Assembly: GCF_021869535.1 (NCBI RefSeq)
Contig: NW_026262676.1
Coordinates: 620,001-684,000 of the forward strand
Direction: 5' to 3'
DNA: 64,000 nt
DNA from: Mytilus californianus
Taxonomy: Eukaryota
The position numbers and the translations under genes were made by a program. Below, piece after piece: positions 24,010 through 37,861 of this stretch (the first letter of the stretch is position 1; every line of letters begins with the position of its first letter). The notes under the pieces are model-generated. The model was not told the DNA's origin. It searched no databases and was given only the letters and a program-made list of their open reading frames with translations.

Positions 24010-25359
24010 TAAACAACAATGGCGGAAACGGTTGATTATTTCAATATAATCAATGAAATATCGAAGACCCCACAAGAACAAATTACAATAGATCCTGGTG
24101 CCCGAGATAGGATGCATTTGTACAAAAGATACTAGTGCTCTAATAAGGTGGCATTTTAACTATAGATCCTGGTGGTCGAGATGAGTGGCATTGTTACAAT
24201 AGCTGTGTTTGCCGATAAGGTTCAAAACCAATATGCCAAAAGAAAATTTGAAGAACGGTGCTCCTGCTAGAGGACAGGAGATAAAAGAAGGAGAAACAAT
24301 CAATTGGTGAAGTCAATCACAGATCATCTTTTCACATATCACTGTGTGGATAATGGGATCGTCTATTCTTAAGCTTAATATGGATAATTTAGGTTCGAAA
24401 ATGATCAAAATACATCAGAAAAAATGTGTTTCTGAAGTGTTCGTTGCAATATAGTTACTCTATGAACACAAAACTCTATGAACACAAAACAATTTTGCAA
24501 CAATAAAGAAGAAAATCATTATATAGATGTTAGTACAAATACAGCCGAAATACAAGCTCCTGCTCCTGAGAGATTCTTGAACCAGGGATTAATATCATTA
24601 CAGGTTATTCTACGGTTTATTCATAATTAATTACGTTTCTCTTAAGACTTTCAATTGCCTTGTAATGTTCCCAAAAAAGGTATTTCAGCAGCCGGGTCCA
24701 GCCAAGAAACTTAGAAAGGGCAAACAGAGACCACTTAATCCGGTGCCATCAACACGAGGAGCATTTCAATCTTCCTCAGACAAGGAATGTGCAAAAATCA
24801 ACGAACACGCTAAGAACAATGTACAAGTGTCGAGAATAGTGACTCACGGAACGGTTATTAACATTGTAGAAAGATGCAACTAATCAGGGGCCCTAATATG
24901 TGCCATTCAGATTTCAGGAAGAGACACTGGAAAAAAAGTCTCCGTCGCAACGAGGAAAACATACTTGACAGCCCAAGGGAAATTTCGGAACCACGGACCT
25001 AGTTCTAGCGGGTTGCAGAGTTCATCAATCAATAAATTTGGTATGTTGAATGTCTCTAATCAATTAGTTGCACATGGGTCGAGAGCTTTTTTTCTAGTTC
25101 TCGTGATACTCGTTAGCAAGTGGACAAATCCCCTTCACTGATGTTAAGTGTTTTCTATCCTATCTCATCTCATATTCCGATGAAAATAAGGAAGAGTGAA
25201 CAAAACGACAAACATGCTACACAGAGGAACAAGTTATCGTATGCTGGAGTTTATGATTATGCATTTATTTTACATGGGAATCAAGGAACGGTCAGCAAAT
25301 TTACAATTAATATTGGAAGGATAGATGTTCCAGTAGTAATTAATTCCGGCGCATTTTAA
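24010..25359 (+). pseudogene. Degenerate gag/protease-like remnant of an LTR retrotransposon
   Basis: FTINIGRIDVPVVINSGAF resembles a retropepsin (V/L)DSGA motif with D replaced by N. Upstream frames are broken. Confidence 0.35.
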
Positions 25360-25466
25360 ACCGTATAGACACTTTGGGAACACTTTAAGAAGAATAAGAT
25401 TAAGTTCGAGTTCGCGACATTGCCCAGGCTTCTTGGTTAGACGGGTTCAAACAGAAAGATTTTGAA

Positions 25467-25888
25467 TGATTGATTGTTGATTGCTTAACGTCCAGTGGCA
25501 AATATTTCATGCATATTCAGGACGAGAACAAATTAACAAAATATACAGTAGGTAGGTTCTGTAATATAGGCCGTCCGGAAAGAAGGTCGGGGAAATTTGG
25601 ACTGCCACTGGTAAATGAGGGTGAATTGGATAGGGAAAGCAATTTAGCCTTGTAACAGGTCAGCTACGGACCCCTAAAAGATTTGTTACAAGGGTTCTTA
25701 ACGTGCAGAGAGCGTGGCACCCTTTCTACACGAGGCATCGGATTTAACGTCCCCATTCTGACCGGACGTGGCTGCGTACTTGTACATCCCGCACAGCCAA
25801 ACGGACGCCCCATTTTGGCAAGGGTTCTACTGCCGGTTGGAAGAAGACCTGTAGTGTCCATATTTCTATTCCCCAGTCACCCTTGGGG
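25467..25888 (-). mobile_element. SINE-like family A, copy 9
   Basis: TSD CAGAAAGATTTTGAA at 25452-25466 and 25891-25905. Confidence 0.95.
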
Positions 25889-27827
25889 ACCAGAAAGATT
25901 TTGAAAGCAGAGAAAACTGTGCATCTTATAATCAGCATGACTTTAACATATGGCAATACCAATACGAAATCCAGGCTAAAATTAGGCTTACACATAATTA
26001 TATACTTTAATTCAGTCATGGATCCGCTATATCGCGGGTGTGTTCTAGTCTTAATAAAAAGAATATATCTGATAACTGGATTGTGTTATTTTGTCCTGCA
26101 CCTTTCTATCCGACATTCGCATATCACTATACAAGCAACGTCAAAATTGTTTGCCTGTATGGATTCTCTGGTACCTGCAGTCCATCATACGAGAGTCTGT
26201 ACATGTAGCCCAGACTCTATCTTGATCGTTATCTACATGAAAGAGTTTGAAAAATAGAAAGAGGTCGCTTCTACTACGTGTGTGTGCATTAGTAATCGGG
26301 GTCTGGTGAGGTAACACAGGTAAATAATATTGTCGTTGCTAGTTATTCTGTTAAGGTATTTTCCTCCGTTATATATCGGAGCACTCCCACTTGGGATATA
26401 TGGTTTTAAAAAATTTACACAGACATTTACAGTGTGGTGGGGTGCTTAAGTTTAAAAAAACTTTATATACAGGTAAAACTGTGAATTTTTCAAACCAAGT
26501 GATTGAAATTAAGTGCTATCTACTAGTATGAAGAGTCGAAGAGAAGTTATCTCAAAACTGTATTTAAGATATTTGTCCAGTGAGTGACATTCTGTCTGAT
26601 ATCCACAATACACGCCCCATCACAATAGCTTTACTATCTTTACTATCAACGTCAAATGTATTTACCTGTAAGACTTCTCCAATGCCGTAAATCAAGACTT
26701 TACAACGTAGCCCTGCATCTGTTCCGGTCAATACAGTTGTTCATGCAAGAGTTGAATAAAAAGAAACACTTTTTAATCAGTGCTATTGCAGTTCGGTACC
26801 GGCGAGGTCGTACACGTCAATAATTTTGTCGTTGCTAGTTTTAAGAAATAAACATATTTGTTTAAGTATGTACCCTTATAAAACAAAAAATGTCGTGATT
26901 AAAGAAAATTCAAATACAGAAAGTTGCATTATATAAAGCTCAAGCACATGAATGGGAAACAATTTTCTTCATCCAGATTTGTCACACGCATTTCTTTAAT
27001 CTTTAATGGATCTCCATGTCAACAGCTTCTGAAATCTTACCCGATAAACTGCCTCCGAACAAAACTATCAAGCCATAGGTTGTGTGTATGCCTTCTGCCA
27101 CTCATCCTGTGTGGTGTCTCCTTCCTTTTTTCCAAGAAATGTTTAAGGAAAACTGTTAAAAGAATGACAATAGTTAAGGAATAATTTTCAAATAATTCTG
27201 ATAAAAAGGGATAGTAAAAAGGAACAAAAGGACAATTCAAAGATGGACATTATTCTGTTTTGAAGGGAAAACCAGTTAAATATGGTGAGAATTGTATTGA
27301 TTTAAAAAGAACATACGTGAAAATATATTTTAATAAGCCACTTGAAAAAGTAAAGTCCATTTCTAGAAGTATTAAACTATCCGCGGACAATGACGGCCTA
27401 GGAGACACCAGCGCTTCTACGGCCAAAAGGGATTCTTAAAATCTAGACCCTACTAATATAAAAAAAAAGTGATTATAATGCAAGATAAAACATATATTTA
27501 TAATATTTTAATCATTTAGACCATATTAAGATAGGAATGACAATGCAAAATAATGTTAAATTTGGGTATTAATGTCTCCAAAATCTTCCATATTTAAACA
27601 TGTTCCCTTCTCTCTTCTAGGGCTCTTCTTTACATCTCTATTCCAAGCTTGTACTACTTGTATGATGATCTCATGTTTTCAACAAGTTTTGAAATTGATA
27701 CCTTCATGTAAAAAATTTTTCTTGTGAAATTTAATTGCACTTTTTCAAAGGTTTTGAAGACTTTATTAAACATTTTGAACAGCATTATATGTCTCATATA
27801 GTGTGTATTTCTAAGTTGTGATGTTAT

Positions 27828-28175
27828 ACTATTGTTTTAGAAAAGGGAGAAGGTTTGGTACCATTAAAACGTTTAATCCCGCTGCAAATGTTTGCACCTG
27901 TCCTAAGTCAGGAATCTGGTGTACAGTAGTTGTCGTCTGTTTATGTAGTTCATACGTGTTTCTCGTTTTTCGTTTTTATATAGAATAGACCGTTGGTTTT
28001 CCCGTTTGAATGGTTTTACATTAGTAATTTTTGGGGCACTTTGTAGCTTGCTGTTCGGTGTGAGCCAAGGCTCCGTGTTGAAGGCCGTTCCTTGACCTAT
28101 AATGGTTTACTTTAATAAATTGTTATTTGGACGGAGAGTTGTCTCATTGGCACTCCTACCACATCTTTTTATATC
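27828..28175. repeat. Interspersed repeat family B, opposite orientation
   Basis: Reverse complement of 17157-17500. Confidence 0.9.
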
Positions 28176-29929
28176 TATATACTCAATATTGATTCTCCCA
28201 GACTTATTGTCAATGATGTCATTCATGATGTTGGAAGAAGTAGGTTCAACTTGAGGCTCATGAAAACATGACAGTAAAGACCTCACCATTTAACGAGACA
28301 CAGATATCTCTTCCTTATGTCATCCCTACCTCATCAGTGGTCAATCCTGGTGCATCTTTGAATTCAGGCAGATCATCTGTTTGATATTTTCAGATTGTCA
28401 AATCATATGTGTTAATTTCGTCCTCTGTTAACAAGATAGGGGCCAAATTTGGAAGTTTTAAGGGTTTGATTCATTTATGTTGTTCGCAGTATATTTCCCT
28501 CTAACAGGCCAGGACTGGCAATGCGATCTGTGATATCCGAGTCAGGTGAGAATATTAACTGTCCTTTTATTGAATTGTTTTTTATGTTTTATTCATACTT
28601 GTAAAATTGTTTTGTTTCTAAATAAATGCAGAATCACAAGAGAAAGTGGTAGGTAAGATGAAATTGTTCTGTGCCTACCTTCGGACAAGAAAAACTCAAA
28701 ATCAATTTGCCTTCAACATCAAAAGTTAAGGATAATGATGAGAAATAAACTGTACTCTTTATGATGATTGCAATATTTATGTCAGAACGATATTTTTCAT
28801 ATATCTATGTGTTTTGATCATTTCCACCTCAAGCTCCTGGGAGTCTTGGTCAAATGATATTGCTGTACACGTGCAGATAACAACCGGATATAATGCAGTT
28901 CAAAAATCTGAAAAATGAAATGGTCCATTTGAATTTCCATAGATAATCACTGATAAACAAAAACCGAATAAATGGATTTCTCGGTGGCGATGATACTCTG
29001 TTTGGAAGGTGGCAACAGGTGGATCAAGGTTGCCATAACCCTCCAGTGAAGAACACAGTGCTGGTGATGTTAGCCGCAGGCTGAATGCGAAACTAGGCCG
29101 AGGTAGGCCAACCCATCTCTCTGCACACACTTCTGAATACAGGTATTTCCTCCCCAAACTGGGGGTATCCACTGGGGACTCTAGATTGCTTTCTCAGAAG
29201 GCAATCAACATGCAAAATCCAAATGTAATACAAAATAAATATCTTGCTGCAACAATCAACATGCAAAATGGCTAACAAAAAAGTGTATAACTGGAATTGG
29301 AAACTTGTAAACAGTCAAGTTATAAATTGAAGTATCAAAAGAATCGAAATAATATCATTAATAACAGTTAATTGAACCCCGGTCCTTCTCAATTTTTCTT
29401 TTTAGCAGGCTTTCTTTCCTCTTATGCCTTCCTTTTCTCCCTCTCATAGATTGATTTCCTTTCTAATGGTGTTCACTTACGATAAGGTAGCGTACCATAA
29501 TCTCTCTTGTACTTTTAATTATTTACTTCAATTTTTAATGTAGTTGTCATCCTCTCCTTCCTATGAACGACGGACGCGTGTTGCATTACCCTTTCTCTAT
29601 ACGCGAACCTCTCTACATACAATACACACATATACGGTGATCTTTTCTACATGAACTTCACTCCAATGTTTCATATGATATCTTGTTTCCGGCATTTAAT
29701 CATGATTTGGTATTCATGTCCTTCAAACCTGGAACAACATCTATAATTTTATTTTCAATTTGATCCAAAGTATCGCCAGATGATCTTGCTATGTCAGATC
29801 TCCGCCGTAGCTCAGTTTAAAAAAAAAATACTCTCTTATATAACTGTCAACAGAACGTTAAATGTCAGGAGATATTGTCACTATAGAATTCGGTCCTATT
29901 TTCCTATTTGATTTGGCTAATTTATTTTC

Positions 29930-30480
29930 TAAGACACTCCTTCTGCCTTGTACCTGACCTGTAATCCTTCACTCGACAAATGCTTGAATATCAATTCCAC
30001 ATAGTTTATTTGCAAATGAAACTGTTCAAAAGTTGTTGGGGATAGATGTTCAAATTCCAAAATATCGCTCACGTGTCAACTGATCACCCCTGCAATGAAT
30101 GTGAGTATTGCTGATCTTGTCCAAACCTGCTCTCTCATAAGAGTCACTTAAGACATTCTCATGGTAATCCATTATCTTTACTGCATCACATTTTTGTTTA
30201 CTAAAATCGGTGTAGTACAGGTAAAGGAACTACCTTTTTTTTCTTCTTTAATTGCTCACTAAATGGACCAATAATCTGTTTTGTTATTACTTTTTCAAAC
30301 AGTTTAAAGTATGAAATGAGTAAGACGGCAATATAAAGGATATATTATGTATGCCATATTCCTCCGTGATATGCTTCCATTCCTCTTAACTAATGCTTCT
30401 GTTCTTGTCAAAAGATAGGGTCTGAACGATCACAGCAAATTTCAAAGCCTGGTGCATTTTTTACCCTGGTTGTCTTTCCT
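29930..30480 (-). pseudogene. Degraded DUF6589/Academ-like transposase fragment
   Basis: HIHCRGDQLTRER (GDQLT at 30074-30088), followed in another frame by EHLSPTTFEQFHLQINYVELIFKHL. Many stops. Confidence 0.5.
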
Positions 30481-31566
30481 CTCGTCATGAACATAGTCTA
30501 CCAATTAATGGTATCTTATACATAGCGAATCCGTTTCTTATCGTTCAAAGCATCAGTTACTGCAGATTTGAAATTTCCTGCAAATATTTCCAATAAGGTC
30601 AAACACGCCCATAACTCAAACAGAAACCTATGGGTTGTAAACTGTCAAATACCTGTTGATAAGAAGTTGACTTGTTAAAATTGATTTGTACCAATGAAAA
30701 CTACTTGACAACTTATTTAAGTTTTTATTTTAACCGAACCGGTTAAGTAACGCTATTTTAGCCTCAGGCGCCTGTGTAGTAGACATCACTCTTATAATTT
30801 GTTGTGTCTATAATTTTTTGATAATTTTCTTTCATATTTTAAATTATACGCATATCAATGAAACTAAATCGTATCTTTGTATGTGGCACCTCTGTCCGTA
30901 TTTTCCTTAACCTAGTTGTAATTCATGTCATCACACCGAAAAGGTTTTCACCGGCACATATTTCCGGCCTCTTTTGTGGTTTCCTGGACCGCATCTGTTT
31001 CTCATATCATTCTAAAGGTCATCTGTATCCTTTTTTATCAAGTCTATTTCATTAATTGGTCTCTTTATCTGTCTGGTGTCTCAGCAACGATTCTAGTTTT
31101 ATTCTGTCCAGATCTGACAATTCTGTGGTATCCCTGGTAGAAGCACTCTGTCTATATTTATCGGTACATTTGTCTTTAAGACTCCTAACTCTGCCATTTA
31201 AACGGACAATGCTTGACCCATTGGTTATTAAAGCTGGTGTTTGGTGCAAGTATTGCTCCACTTCTGTTGTCAGATTAAACCATGGGACCCAATGCGACAA
31301 AATGGCGGCCTCCATGTATTATGTAAGAAACTAAAATAACGGTATTCAGAAGACAATTACAGTTGATTTGGCTAAATCGTGTTTTAAAATTTTAAATTGA
31401 AACTCATATTATATAAGACTTTATTAATATATTCTTGATTCTATCCCGTATTACAGTATTATAAGAGATAATGATTAAAAATCACTTTATTCCGTCAAAG
31501 ATTAAGTTCACATTCTTAATATCATCAATGGATTAAAGCTGAATTATTGGTATATATGACTTATTA

Positions 31567-32056
31567 TATACGGTATCGATTCAAGATCAGTTTATAGAAC
31601 GATTGCATAATAAAATAGAAGACGAACCTATTAAACAGTTATACGATGGTATATATAACTATTGAAAAAAAAACCGGGACAGATTCATAATCAGTATATA
31701 CTAGTGTTATTTATGAAATATAGAAAAAAATATACAATGTTATATATTACTATTGAAAAATACGGGACAGATTCAAGATCAGAATATACTAGTGTTCTTT
31801 ATGAAACATAGAAAAATTATACAATGTTATTTATTACTATTGAAAAATACGGAACAGAATCAAGATCAGTAAATACTAGTTCTTTGTAAATGATAGAAGA
31901 AATACTTGAATTATATAATGATGTATATATAACTTTTTAAAAATACGGGACAGATTCAAGGTCAGTATAGACTAGTGTTTTTTTATGAAATATAGAAAAA
32001 TAATACAATGTTATTTATTACTATCGAAAAATACGGAACAGAATCAAGATCAGTAT
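31567..32056. repeat. Degenerate ~85-105-bp tandem repeat, ~6 units
   Basis: Recurrent ATACGG(G/A)ACAGATTCAAGATCAG near 31567, 31673, 31760, 31847, 31944 and 32031. Confidence 0.85.
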
Positions 32057-33799
32057 AACAAAAAAATTGATTTATACCCGCGAGCCCCCTTAACTGCAGA
32101 CTGTATGTAATGTTAACTATAAGAAAAACTAAGTCTATTAATAAGTAATATACAGAAAAAAAGAAGATTTTTTTTACAAAATTTACTACTATCTTATGAT
32201 CATGAACAATCTTCTGTCCAAGTTTGGTAGAATTCAGGATAGTTTAAGAAAGTTATTAAAATTTGAAAAAAACTTTAACTATAGACTGAATATTTGTAGT
32301 CAACGCCGCCTGAATGTAGGATCGCTCTGTCTCACTTTTATCTCTCGCAGGCCCAACAAAAACAATTCTTGGTTGTAGGGATTTTTTGATAGTCCCTTCC
32401 TACCCTCCCACATACATTTAAATGGAATAGCCCTTACATGTAAATGAAAATATGCTATGCTGAACAACACATTACATTTATTTACTTTTAAATTTGTAAT
32501 TAATTAATTTTTTAAAATTAATTAGATTTTTAATAACCCCAGGTCTGATAATCATTCCAAAGCCAGAGCCGGAGATGATGGACTCCATCATAACTTCCTG
32601 AATTTTGGGAATGATGTCAAAATGAGTGGAAGTTTTAGGTCAAATGTACATGCTGATACAGATGGATAGCATGTATCTTTTGTGAAGTTTAATGTAAATT
32701 TACAATAAAAACCCCCTGGGGAACAGTTGAGAACCTGTAATAAACTTCATTAAATCTCCTAAGGTGATCTTCTTTCCCAAATGCCAACATTTTCCTTCTG
32801 TAAATGTAAAAATGAAATTGTCAATATCAAAATAATACGTCCAAACGAAATACAAAGCAAAAGAAAGTAATAAAATCATCATCATAATAACCATAAAAAC
32901 ATTCATATGCACATAAACTAAGACTATTTATCAGTCAAGATATAGAAAAATAGATTTTTTTTCTTTTTCGTTATTGATACTTTCAATAGAACTTAAAGAA
33001 GCTTCTCTGCAAATCTGATAAATCTGATCTGAAAAGTCCCAAAAGTTTTATTTGAGGTCTAACATTCATTAAGTTGCACAATATTTTTACCAAAGATGCT
33101 ATATATTTATAACATGCTGGAGATACAGTTAAATAAAGATGATTCAGTCCAATGTCTCAGTCAATATTCATGCTAGTTGATCTTTCAAGTCAGTGATGAA
33201 AATAATGAGAATAAACTATGAACAAAATGAAATCTTAAGTAACACTCATCATAGACAAGCAACTTCCAAGGTAAAAAAAAAAACCAAACAACATAAATTC
33301 AACCAAAAAGGAACACATGGCAGCAGTCCAACAAAATAAAATTATAAAAATAATAATTCCAAAAAGGTACCCTTTCTGCTGGAGATTTATCTTGACATAA
33401 TAATGTGTCCTTCATATGTCCTTTTCAACCAGAAAATAGATGAATTGCTATAGCGTTTTATAATTATGTATGAATTTAAATCCAGCAACTCCCCACACTC
33501 TCATTGTTGTTTTTGCTAATCTGGGGGCTTTTCGCTTGCATGGTATGACAATGAAATCCTTATTTATCCCTGGGAACAGTATATCTATCAATATATATGT
33601 TCCTGTTTATCCTATTTTAAAACCTAGAAAACATAGAATCTTCGATTCTGCGTGCATCTTGTTATAAAATAAAATATTCTGCGATAGAATAAAGTATAAT
33701 CAAGTCTGCAAAATATTGAATAACGTATTACAAAATTATTTATAAGAAAACGAAAAACCAAAAGAAATTACATCTAAATATTTTCCCATTTCTTTTGTT

Positions 33800-36231
33800 T
33801 TGACAGATTTACAAGAAGATGAAATTGGCACTTGCACAAACAAAATGGAAATGACCTATTTTCTATTCTCTGCAATTTTCGAGAAAAATGAATGGTTGAA
33901 CTCATCACCAATCCATATTATTACTGCACTTGAGATTATTTGTCCAGATATACATGTGTCCAGAGTTAATTCTTTAAAACGGCACATATTAAACGTTGTT
34001 TCCCGATGTGATAAATCTTCTGACCTACTGAATCAGAAAGTATCCCTACTTTATACCAACTGTGATGTTAAATTTACTTTAAATGGTCGAATGACAAATA
34101 GAGATTTCTTGTCCATGTTTACTGCTATGTCCAAGCGCCATACTATAAATGAAATGTACAAGCAAATTTTACCACACTTCAAACTGGAATCTACACCATG
34201 CTCTGTTGCTGCTCTTAAACAAAAATACAAGAAACTCGTTGAACTGCGAGATAAATTACAAAAAAATCAGCAGATTGATGATTTAGAACACCTTTTAAAT
34301 TCGAATTGTATTCTCCCGACAGATATTCGCAGTAAAAGAATGCAATAACAATGATCATACAATACATTCATTAAAATCAAAGTTATTCCGAATTGAATCA
34401 AAGTACAAAACTCAAAGTGCTAAGCTGGAGGAAACTAATAAACGATTTAACTCTCATGAACTTAAAAAATTTCAAAAACGTGAAAGCTACCACAAAAAAG
34501 TAATTTGTTCACAGGAAAATAAAATAAAGAAATTAAAACTTGATACAAACAAAGTCAAAACTGTAGAAGCAGAAAAAAGGAAGACGGTAAAAAACTTAAC
34601 TTTCTATAAGAGACAAAATAATGAATTAAAACAAAACGACTCGGAACAAAAACAACTGATATCAAAACTCCAAACAGAAGTTCCGAAAGAAACAGGAACA
34701 TTGCTAGTTTGACGGAACAGGTAACTGTTCTTCTTGATGATCAAATTTCTATCAATACATTTTCCGATGGGAAGTATCTTCCAGCTGTCCGTCAAGTTGT
34801 TCAAGACTTGCATTCTTTTGGTGTAGGAGTTAAACATATCGGCCAAACTATCAACTCAGTGCTATAGAATTTATTGGGGGTAGATGAATTGAAACTTCCG
34901 TCAGAATCTTCAAATCGAAGAATGATTTTAGAATCTAACTTACTAGCAAAAATGCAAATTGGTGAAGTATTGTTACACAGTCAAAATTCAAACACATTAC
35001 ATTTTGATGGTACATCTGACGCACAGCGACACTTTTTGGGCTTTCAAATTACAACTAACCATGAAAACTTATCGTTATCTTTGAATGAAAACGTACGAGG
35101 TGACACACAGACTCCGGTCGAAACAATTAAAGACATTTTTGTAAAGATAGCGAATTTAGTTTCAAAATTAAATGAAGATATCAACGAAAATTATGCAAAA
35201 CTAATGCTCAGTATTAAAAACATGATATCTGATCAACATATTGTTAATAAAAAGTTCTATGATGAATTTGTTAAAATGAGGAGTGATCTTTTGCAAAAAT
35301 TTGAAAGTAACTATGACATAATGTCAGAAAATGAACAAGAAAAAGCGGCTGAAATACACCAATGGTTTTGTCACTTGCACCTTTTGGCGAATATGGGTGA
35401 TAGTGTTAATAAAGCTTTAAAAGAATATGAAAAAATTATAACGGATGGCACTGGTAAACTTGGAAGAAGTCCGCTTCCCACATTTTCAAGTTGGTCTGAC
35501 AAGGACAGTGTAGCTGTTAGATGCATACGTACTGTTTGCAGTGCTTTAGTGTCTGGTGGTAACGCATCGTCTTGCTGCCCAGAAGATTTTGAAACTTATT
35601 TCTTTTCGAAAGGAAAAACTTGTAGATTGAAAAGATTTGAACATACTAGATTCAATATATCATTTGAAAATGCCGGTGCTGTGGTTTATGACAGAAATGA
35701 TATTATTGAATTTTTCTCAAAATTGTCATCATCAGCCCTTAATATGCTCCAAAAATCTGTGCTATCTGATCTTCAACATGAAACAATATTTCAGGAGATT
35801 TTATCGGTGGCAACTATTGGAAAAATTATTACTACTCCATTTCTGAGGCTTATTGGTAGCAAAACTGTTGCAACACACATTTTGGATTTTAATCAACATT
35901 TTCTACAATTACAAATAAATTTAAAACAGTGGTCAAAAGATCCAAGTGACTTAATATCAGGTGAAACTATTTTGTTCCCTGAAGTTCCGCCATGCAAAGA
36001 TGACATCTTTGATGCGGTATTTTCAAACCATATGTTACCAGATACAGATGTTATATCAGAATCAGCCAGTTTAATGTCCACTCATCTTTGACTTACTGTG
36101 TCTCGTCTCTTAAAAAATCAGTTACCCGAAGGCTGTCATGGTACAGATAACGAAACAATACGCGAAGAATCGTTAACGGTTCCGAAACACAATCGTACAA
36201 GTGAAAAGAACTTTGCCGATTTCAAGCAGAT
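33800..36231 (+). pseudogene. Intronless hAT-related DDE transposase-like pseudogene, truncated by a Maverick insertion
   Basis: One protein is reconstructed across stops and frameshifts: coiled coil, TFSDGKY, LHFDGTS, WFCHLHLL (CxxH), HTRFNI, NRTSEKNF. Confidence 0.65.
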
Positions 36232-36432
36232 AGTAGTTAGATATAGAAAGCACCAATTCAGCAGCACTGCAGCAAAGGCAGTTATTTGACGTCACAACAG
36301 GTGATTTCCCTGATATAATGTTTGAAGCTTGCTGCAGGCATGATGTCACAACAGGTGTAATTGATTTTTGGACACCAGCTTGAAATTGAAAATTGCTTAC
36401 AGATTTCTAATCATATAAAACCAACACAGGTA

Positions 36433-36959
36433 ATGGGGTTGAAATATTTTTTTGGAGATTTATTATTATTAAGAGACGTAGATGCAATCGTTCACCAAGT
36501 AAACTGTCTCTGTATAAAATCACACGGTTTATCTAAACAATTAGCTGAAAAGTATCCTTGGGGTGATATTTATTCGAAACGTCGCGCAGAAGGAAACAGA
36601 AATTTAGCAATATCTGAAGATAGAGATACACCAGGTTCTATTCGTACATTTAAATCTCAAGAATTTTATACCCAGACATTGTTTGCTTTTTCATTCAGTG
36701 GGATTTTGGTTTACTAGAACATAATTTTAGACATATTCCTCCATATCACGACACAAGGAAAAATAGAGAGACCTGGTTTCAACAGTGTTTAGAAGCGTTA
36801 CAAGATACTAGTTACAAATCTATTGCTTTCCCATATCAGATCGGGTGCGGATTAGGAGGTGGAGATTGGAATAGTTATTTTAAACTTATAGAGGAATTTG
36901 CACACAAAAGTAACACAGATGTCTACATTGTCAGACCCAGCTTTGCATGGGAAAAATAA
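36433..36959 (+). pseudogene. Macro-domain (TARG1/Poa1p-like ADP-ribose hydrolase) gene with one frameshift
   Basis: GDLL...DAIVHQVNC...HGLS...KYP, then after a frameshift near 36665, WFQQCL...SIAFPYQIGCGLGGGDW...VYIV. Confidence 0.85.
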
Positions 36960-36960
36960 A

Positions 36961-37275
36961 ATGGATATAGATACAGATCTTGGGAGTCATATATTTACCT
37001 TCAACCCATATCATCCAACGAAAATGTATTACATCGATAGAGAACAATCCTTTGAAAATTGGCCACAACAAATGATACAGAAACCTAAAGATTTTATTCA
37101 GAATGGATTCTTCTACACAAACAATGGTGATCGTATCACATGCTTTTACTGTAACGATACATTAAAGCAGTGGGCTAAAACGGATTGCATTGAAACTGAA
37201 CATTTGAAATGGGAACCGAATTGTTTGTATGCCAAAATGGTTTCCAGTAAAGCTCAATTTTTTACAACCTTTTAA
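36961..37275 (+). CDS. Single-BIR-domain IAP-like protein (104 aa)
   Basis: REQSFENWP, GFFYTNNGDRITCFYC and an exact C-x2-C-x16-H-x6-C zinc motif. No RING. ORF intact. Confidence 0.9.
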   Translation: MDIDTDLGSHIFTFNPYHPTKMYYIDREQSFENWPQQMIQKPKDFIQNGFFYTNNGDRITCFYCNDTLKQWAKTDCIETEHLKWEPNCLYAKMVSSKAQFFTTF

Positions 37276-37398
37276 CAACGACTTCCCTTGAAGCAATGCG
37301 TGCACTTCTGTTATGACATTAGGTGCAGCTATTGTGGAATGATATATAAAGGACTGTTTTGACTTCAGTTCATTCATACAAACATCGTCTAACGAATT

Positions 37399-37818
37399 AT
37401 GGAATCCAACAAAAGCAGTGTAAACTTCATGCTCAGCGTGTATAACGTAAAATTAGCATATAAAATCAAGGAGGATATATTGAACTTAGCACAAAAATAT
37501 TGTTTCGGATGTGAAGTTGATCATCCGTCTCAAAATAATCACTCATGTATTTTATGGACAAACTTTGAACAATTAGAATCACACTTTGAAGAAGCACTGA
37601 TTAATGTTAATCTGAAAGAAGTTCTTTATATGTGGTACCACGAGTTGAATGGAATTAAAAAGGGATCTAAAAACTTCAAAATTGATAAAAGTGATGAACC
37701 ACGCCAGCATTTTATCAAATTACTCGAAAACGAACAGTGGTGTAGGATAAATCTACCCAAACCTGATAGACTACGAAAAGATGTAGACGATTTATTCATG
37801 CTATCAAACAGTCTCTAA
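37399..37818 (+). CDS. Maverick-associated protein with a CxxC-DHPSQ-H-C motif (139 aa)
   Basis: CFGCEVDHPSQNNHSC matches a motif I recall from Maverick accessory ORFs. Confidence 0.6.
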   Translation: MESNKSSVNFMLSVYNVKLAYKIKEDILNLAQKYCFGCEVDHPSQNNHSCILWTNFEQLESHFEEALINVNLKEVLYMWYHELNGIKKGSKNFKIDKSDEPRQHFIKLLENEQWCRINLPKPDRLRKDVDDLFMLSNSL

Positions 37819-37861
37819 AATATATTTAAAGACTATAGAGATTTCAAATAGTTGCCTCACA

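Noticed and set aside
26285-26840. Pair of ~45-bp diverged direct repeats (near 26290 and 26795) as LTR remnants
   Set aside because: Too short and divergent, with no TG...CA ends, PBS or TSD.
28328-28337. Other CTGATGA strings (28330 reverse, 61961, satellite units reverse)
   Set aside because: None has a stem II followed by GAAA, so none is a hammerhead.
36098-36289. ORF 36098-36289 as a single gene
   Set aside because: It is a chimeric frame running from the transposase remnant across the Maverick terminus at 36232.
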